From: Betaproteobacteria bacterium
Lineage (GTDB): Bacteria > Pseudomonadota > Gammaproteobacteria > Burkholderiales > SG8-39
Direction of reading: 5' to 3'
Assembly: GCA_027317055.1 (NCBI GenBank)
Contig: DAHVFK010000001.1
Location: 1-37,800 of the forward strand
DNA length: 37,800 nt
Each line of letters begins with the position of its first letter. Positions within the stretch are counted from its first letter, which is position 1. The translations under genes and the position numbers were made by a program. Under the pieces are notes generated by a model. It was not told the origin of the DNA. It did no database searches and saw only the letters and a program-made list of their open reading frames with translations. Positions 22,962 to 31,321 of this stretch are shown here, one piece after another.

Positions 22962-23016
22962 TCTAAGCTATTGAAACTGGCCGCACGGCGCTATCTGGAA
23001 ACTGGGATTTGCCGCT

Positions 23017-23505
23017 GTGACGCGACGCAACGAGACGCGAACGCACCGGAGGCGCTGGCACGTGGCGGGCACGGCGGTTGCCGCGCTGTTCCTGATCGCC
23101 GCGTCGCCGAGCGCGGTGCTGACGCCGGGAGCGGTCGCGACGAGCGACCCGGACGTGATCTGCCATCGGGGCTACAGCAGCACGCAGCGCCTCTATAGGA
23201 CCGATCGAGCGGCCTATTGGCGGCTGCGCCGCGAGGTGTTCGCCGAATATCGGGTGCCGGCAAGCGAGGGGCGGCAGTTCGAAGTCGATGACCGCATTCC
23301 GCTCTGCCTCGGCGGCGAGCAGGTGCTGGCGAATTTGTGGGCTCAGCCCCGGTTCGGCCCGGACAACGCCGAGGAGAAGGACCGGATCGAGGCGCTGGCC
23401 TGCCGAGCCGCTTGCCGGGAGCACACGCGCGCGGCGATCCTGCGCTGGCAGAACGCCTTTCGCGGCGACTGGCGGCGCATCGACATACCGCCGAACGGAT
23501 GGTAA
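23017..23505 (+). CDS. exported HNH-nuclease-like protein (162 aa) with His-to-Asp change in the DH motif
   Basis: GTG start. N-terminal signal/anchor VAGTAVAALFLIAASPSA. C..GYS...FEVDDRIPLCLGGEQVLANLWAQP...AEEKDRIE follows the secreted HNH-family pattern (recalled). Confidence 0.55.
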   Translation: MTRRNETRTHRRRWHVAGTAVAALFLIAASPSAVLTPGAVATSDPDVICHRGYSSTQRLYRTDRAAYWRLRREVFAEYRVPASEGRQFEVDDRIPLCLGGEQVLANLWAQPRFGPDNAEEKDRIEALACRAACREHTRAAILRWQNAFRGDWRRIDIPPNGW

Positions 23506-23536
23506 ACGACGCCCGTTCAAAGAGCGGAGGTGTCGA

Positions 23537-23920
23537 ATGACGGGAATTATCGGGTTGCTGAAGGATTGCCGTGCGCGGCTCACGGCGGCGACCAAAGGGA
23601 CGCTCGGGGAGGCTGGCGCGCACATTGCGGCGGCTGACGAGCTGATCGCCGCGGCGGAGGCGCAGATCATCGGCGGCGCGGCCGCCCCGCCGCCGCGCGC
23701 GGAAAAGCGCGGCGATCTGTTGGGGGTGTTGCGCCGGCATCGAGCGGGGATGGGCCGCGAGGCGCTGGTTGCCGCGCTGGGCTGGCCGCCCGGCCTCGTC
23801 GTCGCCCAGCTCAACCGGCAGGTCAAGAGCGGGCGGGTGACGATCGCGGATGGGATCTATCGGGTGGCGGAGCAGCCGTCGCAGAGGAACGGCGGCGAGC
23901 AAGCCGCGGCGGCGGCCTGA
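23537..23920 (+). CDS. winged-helix protein (127 aa)
   Basis: ATG 23537 with GGAGG 6 nt upstream. C-terminal LLGVLRRHRAGMGREALVAALGWPPGLVVAQLNRQVKSGRV. Confidence 0.55.
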   Translation: MTGIIGLLKDCRARLTAATKGTLGEAGAHIAAADELIAAAEAQIIGGAAAPPPRAEKRGDLLGVLRRHRAGMGREALVAALGWPPGLVVAQLNRQVKSGRVTIADGIYRVAEQPSQRNGGEQAAAAA

Positions 23921-24112
23921 TCAGCGCCCGAGGAGGTCGAGGACGCCGATCGCGGCCAGCAGCAGGATAGCGAGCTGGCCGCTGATCGCGAGCAGTTGGC
24001 CGAGGGCGCGCAGGATCAGGATCGCGATGGCGACGCTCGGCGCGCCGGCGGCCGGGCCGCGCGAGCCGGGGAAGCGAACCACCTCGGCGTCTTCGGGCAG
24101 ATCGCCCATCAT
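23921..24112 (-). CDS. small membrane protein, holin candidate (63 aa)
   Basis: Long hydrophobic stretch SVAIAILILRALGQLLAISGQLAILLLAAIGVL. Last gene of the late arm. The start overlaps the upstream stop. Confidence 0.45.
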   Translation of the reverse strand: MMGDLPEDAEVVRFPGSRGPAAGAPSVAIAILILRALGQLLAISGQLAILLLAAIGVLDLLGR

Positions 24113-24387
24113 CTGATAAACCAGTGCGGCATTAGGCTGCCGAGGAGGCTGATGCCGCTGGCGATTGCGGCTGCGACGAAGCCCGAGCGGCGGGAGGAAC
24201 CCTGCAGCTCGCCTTCGACGACGCCGAGCCGCTGCCCGACGAGGAAGATGCGGTCATCCTGGCGCGCCTGGCCGCTCTCGACCAGATCGGAGAGCCGCCG
24301 CGCCTCGACGCCGTGCGCCTCGACGGTGGCGCGGATCGCCCGCAGCTCGCCATAGATGACGGTGGGGGAAATAGCGTCTTCGGGCAT
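24109..24387 (-). CDS. C-terminally TM-anchored coiled-coil protein (92 aa), lysis or fibre accessory candidate
   Basis: ATG 24385-24387 overlaps the depolymerase-like gene's stop (TGATG). C-terminal FVAAAIASGISLLGSLM. Confidence 0.5.
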   Translation of the reverse strand: MPEDAISPTVIYGELRAIRATVEAHGVEARRLSDLVESGQARQDDRIFLVGQRLGVVEGELQGSSRRSGFVAAAIASGISLLGSLMPHWFIR

Positions 24388-26870
24388 CACGGGCACACAT
24401 TGACGACGTTGGCGTTGTTCCAGAGCGTGCCGGTCACCATGCCGGTGCAGCTGGTCGGCAATTTGAAGGTGCCGTAATTGTTGCCGGTCGCCGGGGTGAG
24501 CGAGACGATCCGATAATTCGAGCCATCCCAGAGCAGCTGCATGAACTCGTAATTGCTGCTGGCGAGGGTGACCGAGCCGAGCGCGTTGCCGCCGCTGCCC
24601 TCGGGCATCAGGATCTTCTCGCCGGCGCCGCCATTGACCGCGATTACCATGGATTTGCCGTTGTCGCGCGAGAACCCCATGGTCCAGCCAGGATAGATCG
24701 TGCCGACCGGCGGCAGCGTGACCGAGAGGCCGGCCGAGGTGTTGTACGAACTGAGCGCGTTGCCGCCATCGGAGATCGCCGCGACATAGGTGGCGGCGGT
24801 CGGGAAATGCCAGCGGTTGATCGAGAAATTGGCCCCGGTCATGCCCATCAGGGTCGCGGTCGCCGGGGTGATATTGGTCACCCGGAAGCCGGTCCCGTCA
24901 TAGCGGAGCGCCATGAACTCGTAATTCCCGGCGGCGAGCGCTTCGCTGGTGACGGTGGCACCGGATCCGGGGAACAGGATATGCCCGCCGGCGGTGCCGT
25001 TGACCTGGACGTTGGCGATCTTGCCGTTGTCGTTGGTCAAGCCGATGGTCCAGCCCATCGGCAGGCCCGTGGTGGTCGGCAAGGTGACGGTGAGGGTTCC
25101 GGCGGTCGAATTGTAGGCGCTGATCACATTGCCGTTGTCGGCGATGGTCGCGGCATAGGTGCTGGCGCCGGTCGGGAAAGACCAGCGCGAGATTCCAGCC
25201 GAGCCAAGCGCGCCCAGCGCCTGCCACGTCGCCGGGGTCGCATCGATGACGCGGAAGTTTGAGCCCGATCCCGAATTGTCATATTGCAGCACCAGAAATT
25301 CGTAAGCGCCCTGGGCGGTGTTCGCGAGGCTGACCGAAGTGGCCGTCGCCCCGGATCCTGGCCAGACGATATGCCCGTCGGCGACGTTGATGGTCATGCC
25401 CTTGGTGTTGTCGGTCGCGAAGCCCATCGACCATCCGTTCGGGATGGTGCTGGTCGCCGGCAAGGTCACCGTCAGCCCGGCCGCAGTGTTGTAGGGCGAC
25501 AGCACCGCGCCATCGTCGCCGAGCTGGGCGGTGTATCCCGAGGTCGACGGGTAGAGCCAGTTCGACGGCCAGGGCGGCGGCTGGAAGCCGTTGAAGAGCG
25601 CGGTGTTGCGGCTCATCGACAGCACTCGCCAATTATTGCCGTCGGCTTCGAGGCGGACATACTCGTAATTGCCGGCGCCCAGGGAGATCGAGGCGAGGCT
25701 CTTGTTGCCATAGACGATGCGGGCGCTGTCCGGGACCGCGATCGTCATGCCCTTGCCGTTGTCCGAGGCGAACCCCATCGACCACCCGGTGTTGATCGAG
25801 GCCATCGCCGGCAGGGTGACCGCGAGCGAGGCGCCGGTCGCGTTGTAGGAGCTCAGCGCCTCGCGATCATCGACCGGGGCCGCGGTGTACGTGCTGGCGG
25901 TCGGGAACAGCCATTTGAGCCGCGAACCCTGGCCCATCACCGAGAAGCCGGTCGAGAGCGGCCCGTAATTGGTGACGCTCGCATATTGCGGGTTCACCAG
26001 GACATTGTTCGTCGACCCCGTGCCGTTGATCGCGGTCGTGCAATTGAAATAGGGCGAGATCCAGGTGTTGTTGCCGTTGTGCGAATTGGTCACCGAGAGG
26101 CAGATCGGCGAGGCCTCGAAGTCGAAGCCGAAGATCGTGTCCGAGAAGCTGTAGCCGTTTTCGAGCACCATCGCCCGGCCGCCGGTGCCGTTGGCGCTGC
26201 CGGCGCCGGAGATCCGCGAGAACTGCACCTGCTCGAGCGCGATGCCGGCCGCACCCCCGGAGGCGTCGCACACGGCGAAGATATCGCTGTCATAGACCGC
26301 GTTGAATTGGCAGCCGCCCGACGCGGCGTTGGTGCTCGAATTGTTGACCAGCAGGTGGTCGATCTTGAAGGAATTGTGCTGGTCGGCGAAGTTGGCGAGC
26401 CCGAGGACGAAGGCATAAGCCGGGGTGTCGGCGAGGACGAAGAGCGAGCCCTCTTCGTGAAAATAGAAGCACGTGGTCGGGCTCGACGGGGTGCCTCCCG
26501 AGCACTCGACTTGGAGCACCGGCCCGCTGGCGACCGTGCGCCCGTCGAGGGTCGCGCCGTCGCTGATCAGCCGGAACCCGAGCCCGGCCTGGCCGGCATA
26601 GTCGATCGTCAGCAGCGAGCTGACCTTGTATTTGCCGGAGGGGAAATAGAGCGGGTAGTTGCCGGTGACCGCCTGGCCGATGCAGGTCTGGATGGCGCTC
26701 GTCGAGTCCGTGGTGTCGGTCGGATCAGCGCCGCACGCCGCCACCACGTTGATCCATGCGGGCGAGGCCGCAGGTGTGGTCGCGTGCGCGACCTCGGCGA
26801 ACAGCACACCGAGGATCGCCGCGGCGAGCGCGAACGGGAGCGCCCAGAGCAACAGCCGGCGGATGGTCAT
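24387..26870 (-). CDS. signal-peptide-bearing pectate-lyase-fold (depolymerase/tailspike-like) protein with four ~100-aa tandem C-terminal modules (827 aa)
   Basis: MTIRRLLLWALPFALAAAILGVLFAEVAHA-TT signal. DPTDTTDSTSAIQTCIGQAV..YPLYFPSGKYKVS is the pectate_lyase_3-type N-terminal signature. Repeats begin W(L/S/H)FPT..TY.A...D.G..LS.YN. Confidence 0.8.
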   Translation of the reverse strand: MTIRRLLLWALPFALAAAILGVLFAEVAHATTPAASPAWINVVAACGADPTDTTDSTSAIQTCIGQAVTGNYPLYFPSGKYKVSSLLTIDYAGQAGLGFRLISDGATLDGRTVASGPVLQVECSGGTPSSPTTCFYFHEEGSLFVLADTPAYAFVLGLANFADQHNSFKIDHLLVNNSSTNAASGGCQFNAVYDSDIFAVCDASGGAAGIALEQVQFSRISGAGSANGTGGRAMVLENGYSFSDTIFGFDFEASPICLSVTNSHNGNNTWISPYFNCTTAINGTGSTNNVLVNPQYASVTNYGPLSTGFSVMGQGSRLKWLFPTASTYTAAPVDDREALSSYNATGASLAVTLPAMASINTGWSMGFASDNGKGMTIAVPDSARIVYGNKSLASISLGAGNYEYVRLEADGNNWRVLSMSRNTALFNGFQPPPWPSNWLYPSTSGYTAQLGDDGAVLSPYNTAAGLTVTLPATSTIPNGWSMGFATDNTKGMTINVADGHIVWPGSGATATSVSLANTAQGAYEFLVLQYDNSGSGSNFRVIDATPATWQALGALGSAGISRWSFPTGASTYAATIADNGNVISAYNSTAGTLTVTLPTTTGLPMGWTIGLTNDNGKIANVQVNGTAGGHILFPGSGATVTSEALAAGNYEFMALRYDGTGFRVTNITPATATLMGMTGANFSINRWHFPTAATYVAAISDGGNALSSYNTSAGLSVTLPPVGTIYPGWTMGFSRDNGKSMVIAVNGGAGEKILMPEGSGGNALGSVTLASSNYEFMQLLWDGSNYRIVSLTPATGNNYGTFKLPTSCTGMVTGTLWNNANVVNVCP
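24486..25916 (-). repeat. four tandem protein-level modules (aa ~319-420, 438-548, 562-672, 686-795)
   Basis: Shared pattern W.FPT..TY.A...D.G..LS.YNT.AGL.VTLP....I..GW.MGF..DNGK...I.V......PG......S.LA..NYEF..L..DG.N.RV...TPAT. Confidence 0.8.
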
Positions 26871-28232
26871 TCAGCGATAGCCTTTGCAAGACCAGGCGAG
26901 GTTGTCGCCAGCGGTGAGGGTCGCGACGCCGACGATCGCCAGCACCGTCGATGAGGGCTGCGGATAGAGCACCGCGCCGGTCGATTCATCCCAGACCGAG
27001 CAAACGGGAGCATTCGTCCAAGCCGCGGCGAAGGTCATCTGGCAATAGCCGCCGGGCGACGTTCCGAGATGCACCCGGCCGATCGCATCGTTGCCGGCGA
27101 CCGTGGCCCCGGTCCCGCAATTCGCCGCCGCGGTCGGCGCGGTCCCGGTCACCTCGAAATGATCCGGCAGCCGCAAGGTCGAGAGCGTGCCGCTCGCGAT
27201 ATTGGCGGCGTTGGTCGCGTCGGTGTTGCAGCTCGCCGCCGCATCCGACAGGTCGCCGCACGCGGGCTGCGTCGCCGCCGGGACGCCCGCAGTCGAGATC
27301 GCGTCGATCCATTTGTGCGCGACGGCCACGAGGCTCTCGACGCCGCCCAGGACGCTCGCGGTCGGCGCGGGAACAACCAGGCCGTTCAGATGGCCGCCGC
27401 TGTCGGTTTCCGGGATCGTGTTGACGCCGGTCCCGGCGACCGGATACCCGGTCGAGAGGATGAGCCCGGTAGTCCCGCTCCACCCCGGCACATAGCCGCT
27501 GGTCGACGAGCCGGGGCCGGTGACCGCGCCGAGCATCGCCAGCATCTGGGCGACCGAGCAATCGAGCGGTGTGGCGGAGGATCCGGTGTTGTTGCACTTG
27601 GTGGTGTGCGCGGCCATCGTGCCGAGCTGCGAGTTCGGCAGCCCGGAGACGAGATTGTTGTTGATGTGGCCGCCGGAGTCCGTCTCGACGACGGTGTTGA
27701 CCCCGGTTCCAGCGACCGGGAGCCCGGCCCCGAGCAAGGTGCCGAGCGTGTTGTTCCACTGCGGCAGATAGCCGGAAGTCGAGCTGCCCGGCCCCGACAC
27801 CGAGGACGATCCGACCGCGTAGGAGGCCGAGCCGGAGGTCGCCGAGAAGGTGCCGGCCTCGCCGTTCGAGCGCACGACGAGCCCGGCGAAATCGGGCGGC
27901 ATGGTCAGTGACGACGCGGGCGCCTGGCCGGCGACCAGGATCGAGCCGACCGTCGTCTGCAGCACGAGCGCATTTTGCCCGTCGGTGACGAGGCTGATCA
28001 CCCAATTCGGCCCGACCGTGCCGGGGTTCGGCAGCACCACGGCGAGGCTCGCGACCGAGCCGCCGACCGCAGTGCCGGTTCCCTTGGCCGAGCTGATCTG
28101 CTCGCCATTGTCGGCCGCACTCGTCTGATAGCTGGCGACAGCGGGCGCGATGTAGGTTTGCGCCGGCGCGCGCACCGCGAACAGAGCCGCGAGCCCGAGC
28201 GCCAGGAGCGCCGCGCGAAGCCAAATCTGCAT
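26871..28232 (-). CDS. signal-peptide-bearing fibre-like protein (453 aa) with one copy of the same module and an internal duplication
   Basis: MQIWLRAALLALGLAALFAVRAPA-QT from ATG 28230-28232, 5 nt after the tape-measure stop. The stop abuts the next ATG. The track N-terminal 85 aa are rejected. Confidence 0.75.
   Translation of the reverse strand: MQIWLRAALLALGLAALFAVRAPAQTYIAPAVASYQTSAADNGEQISSAKGTGTAVGGSVASLAVVLPNPGTVGPNWVISLVTDGQNALVLQTTVGSILVAGQAPASSLTMPPDFAGLVVRSNGEAGTFSATSGSASYAVGSSSVSGPGSSTSGYLPQWNNTLGTLLGAGLPVAGTGVNTVVETDSGGHINNNLVSGLPNSQLGTMAAHTTKCNNTGSSATPLDCSVAQMLAMLGAVTGPGSSTSGYVPGWSGTTGLILSTGYPVAGTGVNTIPETDSGGHLNGLVVPAPTASVLGGVESLVAVAHKWIDAISTAGVPAATQPACGDLSDAAASCNTDATNAANIASGTLSTLRLPDHFEVTGTAPTAAANCGTGATVAGNDAIGRVHLGTSPGGYCQMTFAAAWTNAPVCSVWDESTGAVLYPQPSSTVLAIVGVATLTAGDNLAWSCKGYR
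27387..27794 (-). repeat. internal duplication GPGSSTSGY(L/V)P.W..T.G.....G.PVAGTGVNT..ETDSGGH(I/L)N (aa 147-190 and 239-282)
   Basis: Two near-identical ~44-aa segments read directly from the translation. Confidence 0.8.
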
Positions 28233-28237
28233 GCCGG

Positions 28238-30697
28238 TCAGCCCTGGTAAAGCCGGCCGCCGTAGCGGATTGCGTTGTTGATCGCCGCGAGGATCGACGG
28301 CCCGGCATTCATGACGCTTCGCGAATCCATCGCTGAAATGTTCAGATTGAAGGTGTGCCCCATCCCGCCGCCGCCGCCGGCGCCGATCATCCCTTGCAGC
28401 CCTTGGCTGATATCGGCCGGGAGGACCATTTCCTGGGAATGCAGCATCGCCGGGATGCCGCCCGGCCCGAGGCTCGGCACCGCCCATCCGCCGGCCGCCG
28501 ACGGCACGATCCCGCCCTTCGCGAAACCGAACAGCGAGCCGATGCCGCCGAGCAGGCCGAAGACGCCGCCAAGGCCGCCGCCGGAGGTGGCGCCCCCGAC
28601 CGCGCCGGAGAAATCCTGATTGCCGCCGCCGGACAGGCTGCCGAGCAACCCGGCCCCGCCGAACAAGCCGCCGAGCAGGCTGCCTCCTCCTCCGCCGCCG
28701 CCGAGCCCGAGCAGGCCCGAGATGCCGCCAGAACCGAACAGCGCGGAGCTGATCCCGCTGCCGACATCGCTCGTGCCGAAGATCGACTTGGCGATCCCGT
28801 CATAGAGCGAGCTGTAGAGGCTCTTGGCCCCTGATTGCAGCAGGGAGCCGCCGATCTGGCCGCCCATGTCGCGGCGCGAACCGCCGCTGAACAGCACCTT
28901 CTCGCCAGCCCGCTTGAGCGAGTCGCCAGCGGTGGAGAGTGCGGCGCTGGCGGCGTCGGTGATCGAGGCTGCGGCGGTTTGGAGTTCCGCCGCGGCCGAA
29001 AGCTTGCTCGCCGCTATCGTGAGCACGGGAGCGGGCGCGCCATTTCCGCCGCTGCTCCCTGTCGATGGGGCGATCGTGACGCTGAGGCCGCCCCCGTTGT
29101 CGTCTTGCGACAAGAGGGCAAGCAGCTTGGTGCTGATCGCGGCCGGAAGGACCATCTCCTTCGCGTGCAGCTGCGCCACCTGGTCGGAATCGACGATGCC
29201 GCCGCCGGCATAGGCGGGGAGCCCCGTCGTCAAGGCTGGAGCGTTCGATACCGCAGAGCTCAACGCCGCCGCTGCTGCCTTGGCGGTCGAAATCAGGTTT
29301 TGCGCCGGCGTCGCCGAAGGGCCGGGCAACAGCAGTGGCGCCGAGGGTGGCGCCGGGACTTTCGAGGTTACGGCCTCGCCGAGCTGGCGCTGAATGTCCG
29401 GCGCGAACGGCGTAACAAAACGGTTATAGAGCGAGCCGAGGATATCGCTCGTGCCGAGCAGCCCTTGGCTCGCGCCCGGAGGCGCGGAGGTGTCGAAGCG
29501 GCGCTGCCGCAGGGCGGACAGCACGTTAGCGCCGGGCGCGAACTTGGCGACGAGTTCGGCCGCGAGTTGGTTGGGGTCGGCGGTGGTCGCGACGCCGAAC
29601 GCCTTGGCGCCGCTCGCCGGATTGGCGAAAGCCCGCGGGAAGCCCTTGAGAAACGCCTTGCTCTCGCCAGCATAGGCCACCCGGTCGATCGCCTCGGCGA
29701 CGCCGGCGAGTGCTTCGCGCGATGCGTCGGAAAGGCCTGGAATAGTGGTCAGCAGGGCCGATATCTTTGCGACCTTGCCCTCGCCGAAGATGCCGGCCCC
29801 TTGCATGATCGACGCGAGGCGCGGCTGCTCGATTTCGGCACCGATCGCGCTGCGATTTTGCAGGGCTGCGGCCGCGGCGACCTGGCCGAGCACGGCCTCC
29901 GCGTCATAGGCGTGCTTGACCAGCAGCGCCAGTTGCGCGATGGCGACCGCGACGCCCGCCGCCACGCCGCCCCCGATGGCGATGCCGGCGGTGCCGACGG
30001 CTTTGAGCGCGATCTCGCCGATGCCGGAGTCGCGCACAAGCGCGCTGGTCGAGGCGATCATCTGGCCGCGCTGGTGGCGCATGGCGCCGTCGAAGATCGC
30101 GATGATGTGGCGGAACGACTGGCCGATCCGCAGCGATCCGAGGATGCCTGCCCCGCCGGCCGCCTTCTCGGCGGCAGCCGCGATTTCCGCCTCGGCCTTG
30201 GCCTTTTCCTTGGCGATATAGGCGCCGATGCTGCGCTGCGCCGCGAGCAACCCCGGTGCGGTCTTGGGGCCGTAGGAGGCGAGTGCGCGCTGCGCCGCGA
30301 GCAGGCCAGGCGGCGACTTCAACGCGGCGCGTGCGGCGGCCTCGGCCTCGCGGCGCAACCCGATCAGGCCGCGGATCGCGTCGCGCTCGGCGCCGATCGC
30401 GCCGGTGATCTCACTGCGCGCCGCTTGCCATGAACTCGCGGTCGCGTCGCCCCATTGCTTCTGCGACTTCTCGAACGACCGCAGGTCGGCGGCGAGGTCG
30501 CGGATTTTTGTGCGGTGCGCCTCGATCGCGTTGCCGATGCCGCCGATCTTGCCGCCGAGTTGGCCGGTTGCCGTCGTTGCCGAATTGGCAGCGTGCTTGA
30601 TCGCCTCGATATCGACGACGGCCTTGGCGCTCGCCTCGTCAAGGCCAACGACGCGGCCGCCGATGACGACCTTGATCTCGTTCGGCAGGTCAGCCAT
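28238..30697 (-). CDS. tape measure protein (819 aa)
   Basis: Length, helical Ala-rich body, Gly-rich C-terminal third and position right after the G/GT chaperone. Confidence 0.85.
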   Translation of the reverse strand: MADLPNEIKVVIGGRVVGLDEASAKAVVDIEAIKHAANSATTATGQLGGKIGGIGNAIEAHRTKIRDLAADLRSFEKSQKQWGDATASSWQAARSEITGAIGAERDAIRGLIGLRREAEAAARAALKSPPGLLAAQRALASYGPKTAPGLLAAQRSIGAYIAKEKAKAEAEIAAAAEKAAGGAGILGSLRIGQSFRHIIAIFDGAMRHQRGQMIASTSALVRDSGIGEIALKAVGTAGIAIGGGVAAGVAVAIAQLALLVKHAYDAEAVLGQVAAAAALQNRSAIGAEIEQPRLASIMQGAGIFGEGKVAKISALLTTIPGLSDASREALAGVAEAIDRVAYAGESKAFLKGFPRAFANPASGAKAFGVATTADPNQLAAELVAKFAPGANVLSALRQRRFDTSAPPGASQGLLGTSDILGSLYNRFVTPFAPDIQRQLGEAVTSKVPAPPSAPLLLPGPSATPAQNLISTAKAAAAALSSAVSNAPALTTGLPAYAGGGIVDSDQVAQLHAKEMVLPAAISTKLLALLSQDDNGGGLSVTIAPSTGSSGGNGAPAPVLTIAASKLSAAAELQTAAASITDAASAALSTAGDSLKRAGEKVLFSGGSRRDMGGQIGGSLLQSGAKSLYSSLYDGIAKSIFGTSDVGSGISSALFGSGGISGLLGLGGGGGGGSLLGGLFGGAGLLGSLSGGGNQDFSGAVGGATSGGGLGGVFGLLGGIGSLFGFAKGGIVPSAAGGWAVPSLGPGGIPAMLHSQEMVLPADISQGLQGMIGAGGGGGMGHTFNLNISAMDSRSVMNAGPSILAAINNAIRYGGRLYQG

Positions 30698-31321
30698 GGA
30701 CGCGCGCCTTCAGTGCGGTGAAATCGAGGGTGAGGCCCTTCAGCCCTTCGAGCACGTCGCGCTCGGTGAAGAGGCTGGCCGCTTCGGCGCGCAGCCGATC
30801 CATGCCGGCGGCGAAGGCGCTGGCGTCGGGCCGCGCGCGGTTCCTCGGCTTGACGCCGAGATAGGCGGCGACCAGCAGGTGCACCGGCGGATGCTCGGCG
30901 AGATAGGGGAGCAGCAGCTCCTCGACCTCGGGCAGAGTCAGCTCGTCGATGTCGCGAGGTCGATAGCCGAAGCTGGCGGCGAGGAGGCCGTAAAGAGAGC
31001 CCCAGTCCCCGCCGCCTGATCTTCCCCCGGCGGCGTCGCCTTCAGGCCGCTGCCGGTCAGCACCGCATTGAGGACCGCGCCGGCATTGCCGAGGTCGAGG
31101 AGGTCGAGGAGAGCGGCATCGTCGAGATCGGGGTAGTTGCGCCGCGCCGCCGCGCCCACGACGGCAACGATGGCGTCGATCGTATCGGCGTCCATGCCGA
31201 CGCCGGGCTCGCTGATCTGGCGCAGTGTCGGGTTGAGCCGGCGCAGCTGACCGATGGTGAGCGGCGGCACAATCCAGTCGCGCCCGCCCATCGACACGGT
31301 GACGCCGGGGAGCAGCGCCAT
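30690..31321 (-). CDS. tail assembly chaperone G (30938-31321, 127 aa) and predicted -1 frameshift G-T product extending to 30690
   Basis: The G start overlaps the tube stop (TAATG). The -1 frame is open from the CCGGGGGAA run (31021-31032) and reads GGGDWGSLYGLLAASFGYRPRDIDELTLPEVEELLL, resembling the RcGTA rcc01693-type chaperone segment. The T stop overlaps the tape-measure ATG. Confidence 0.7.
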
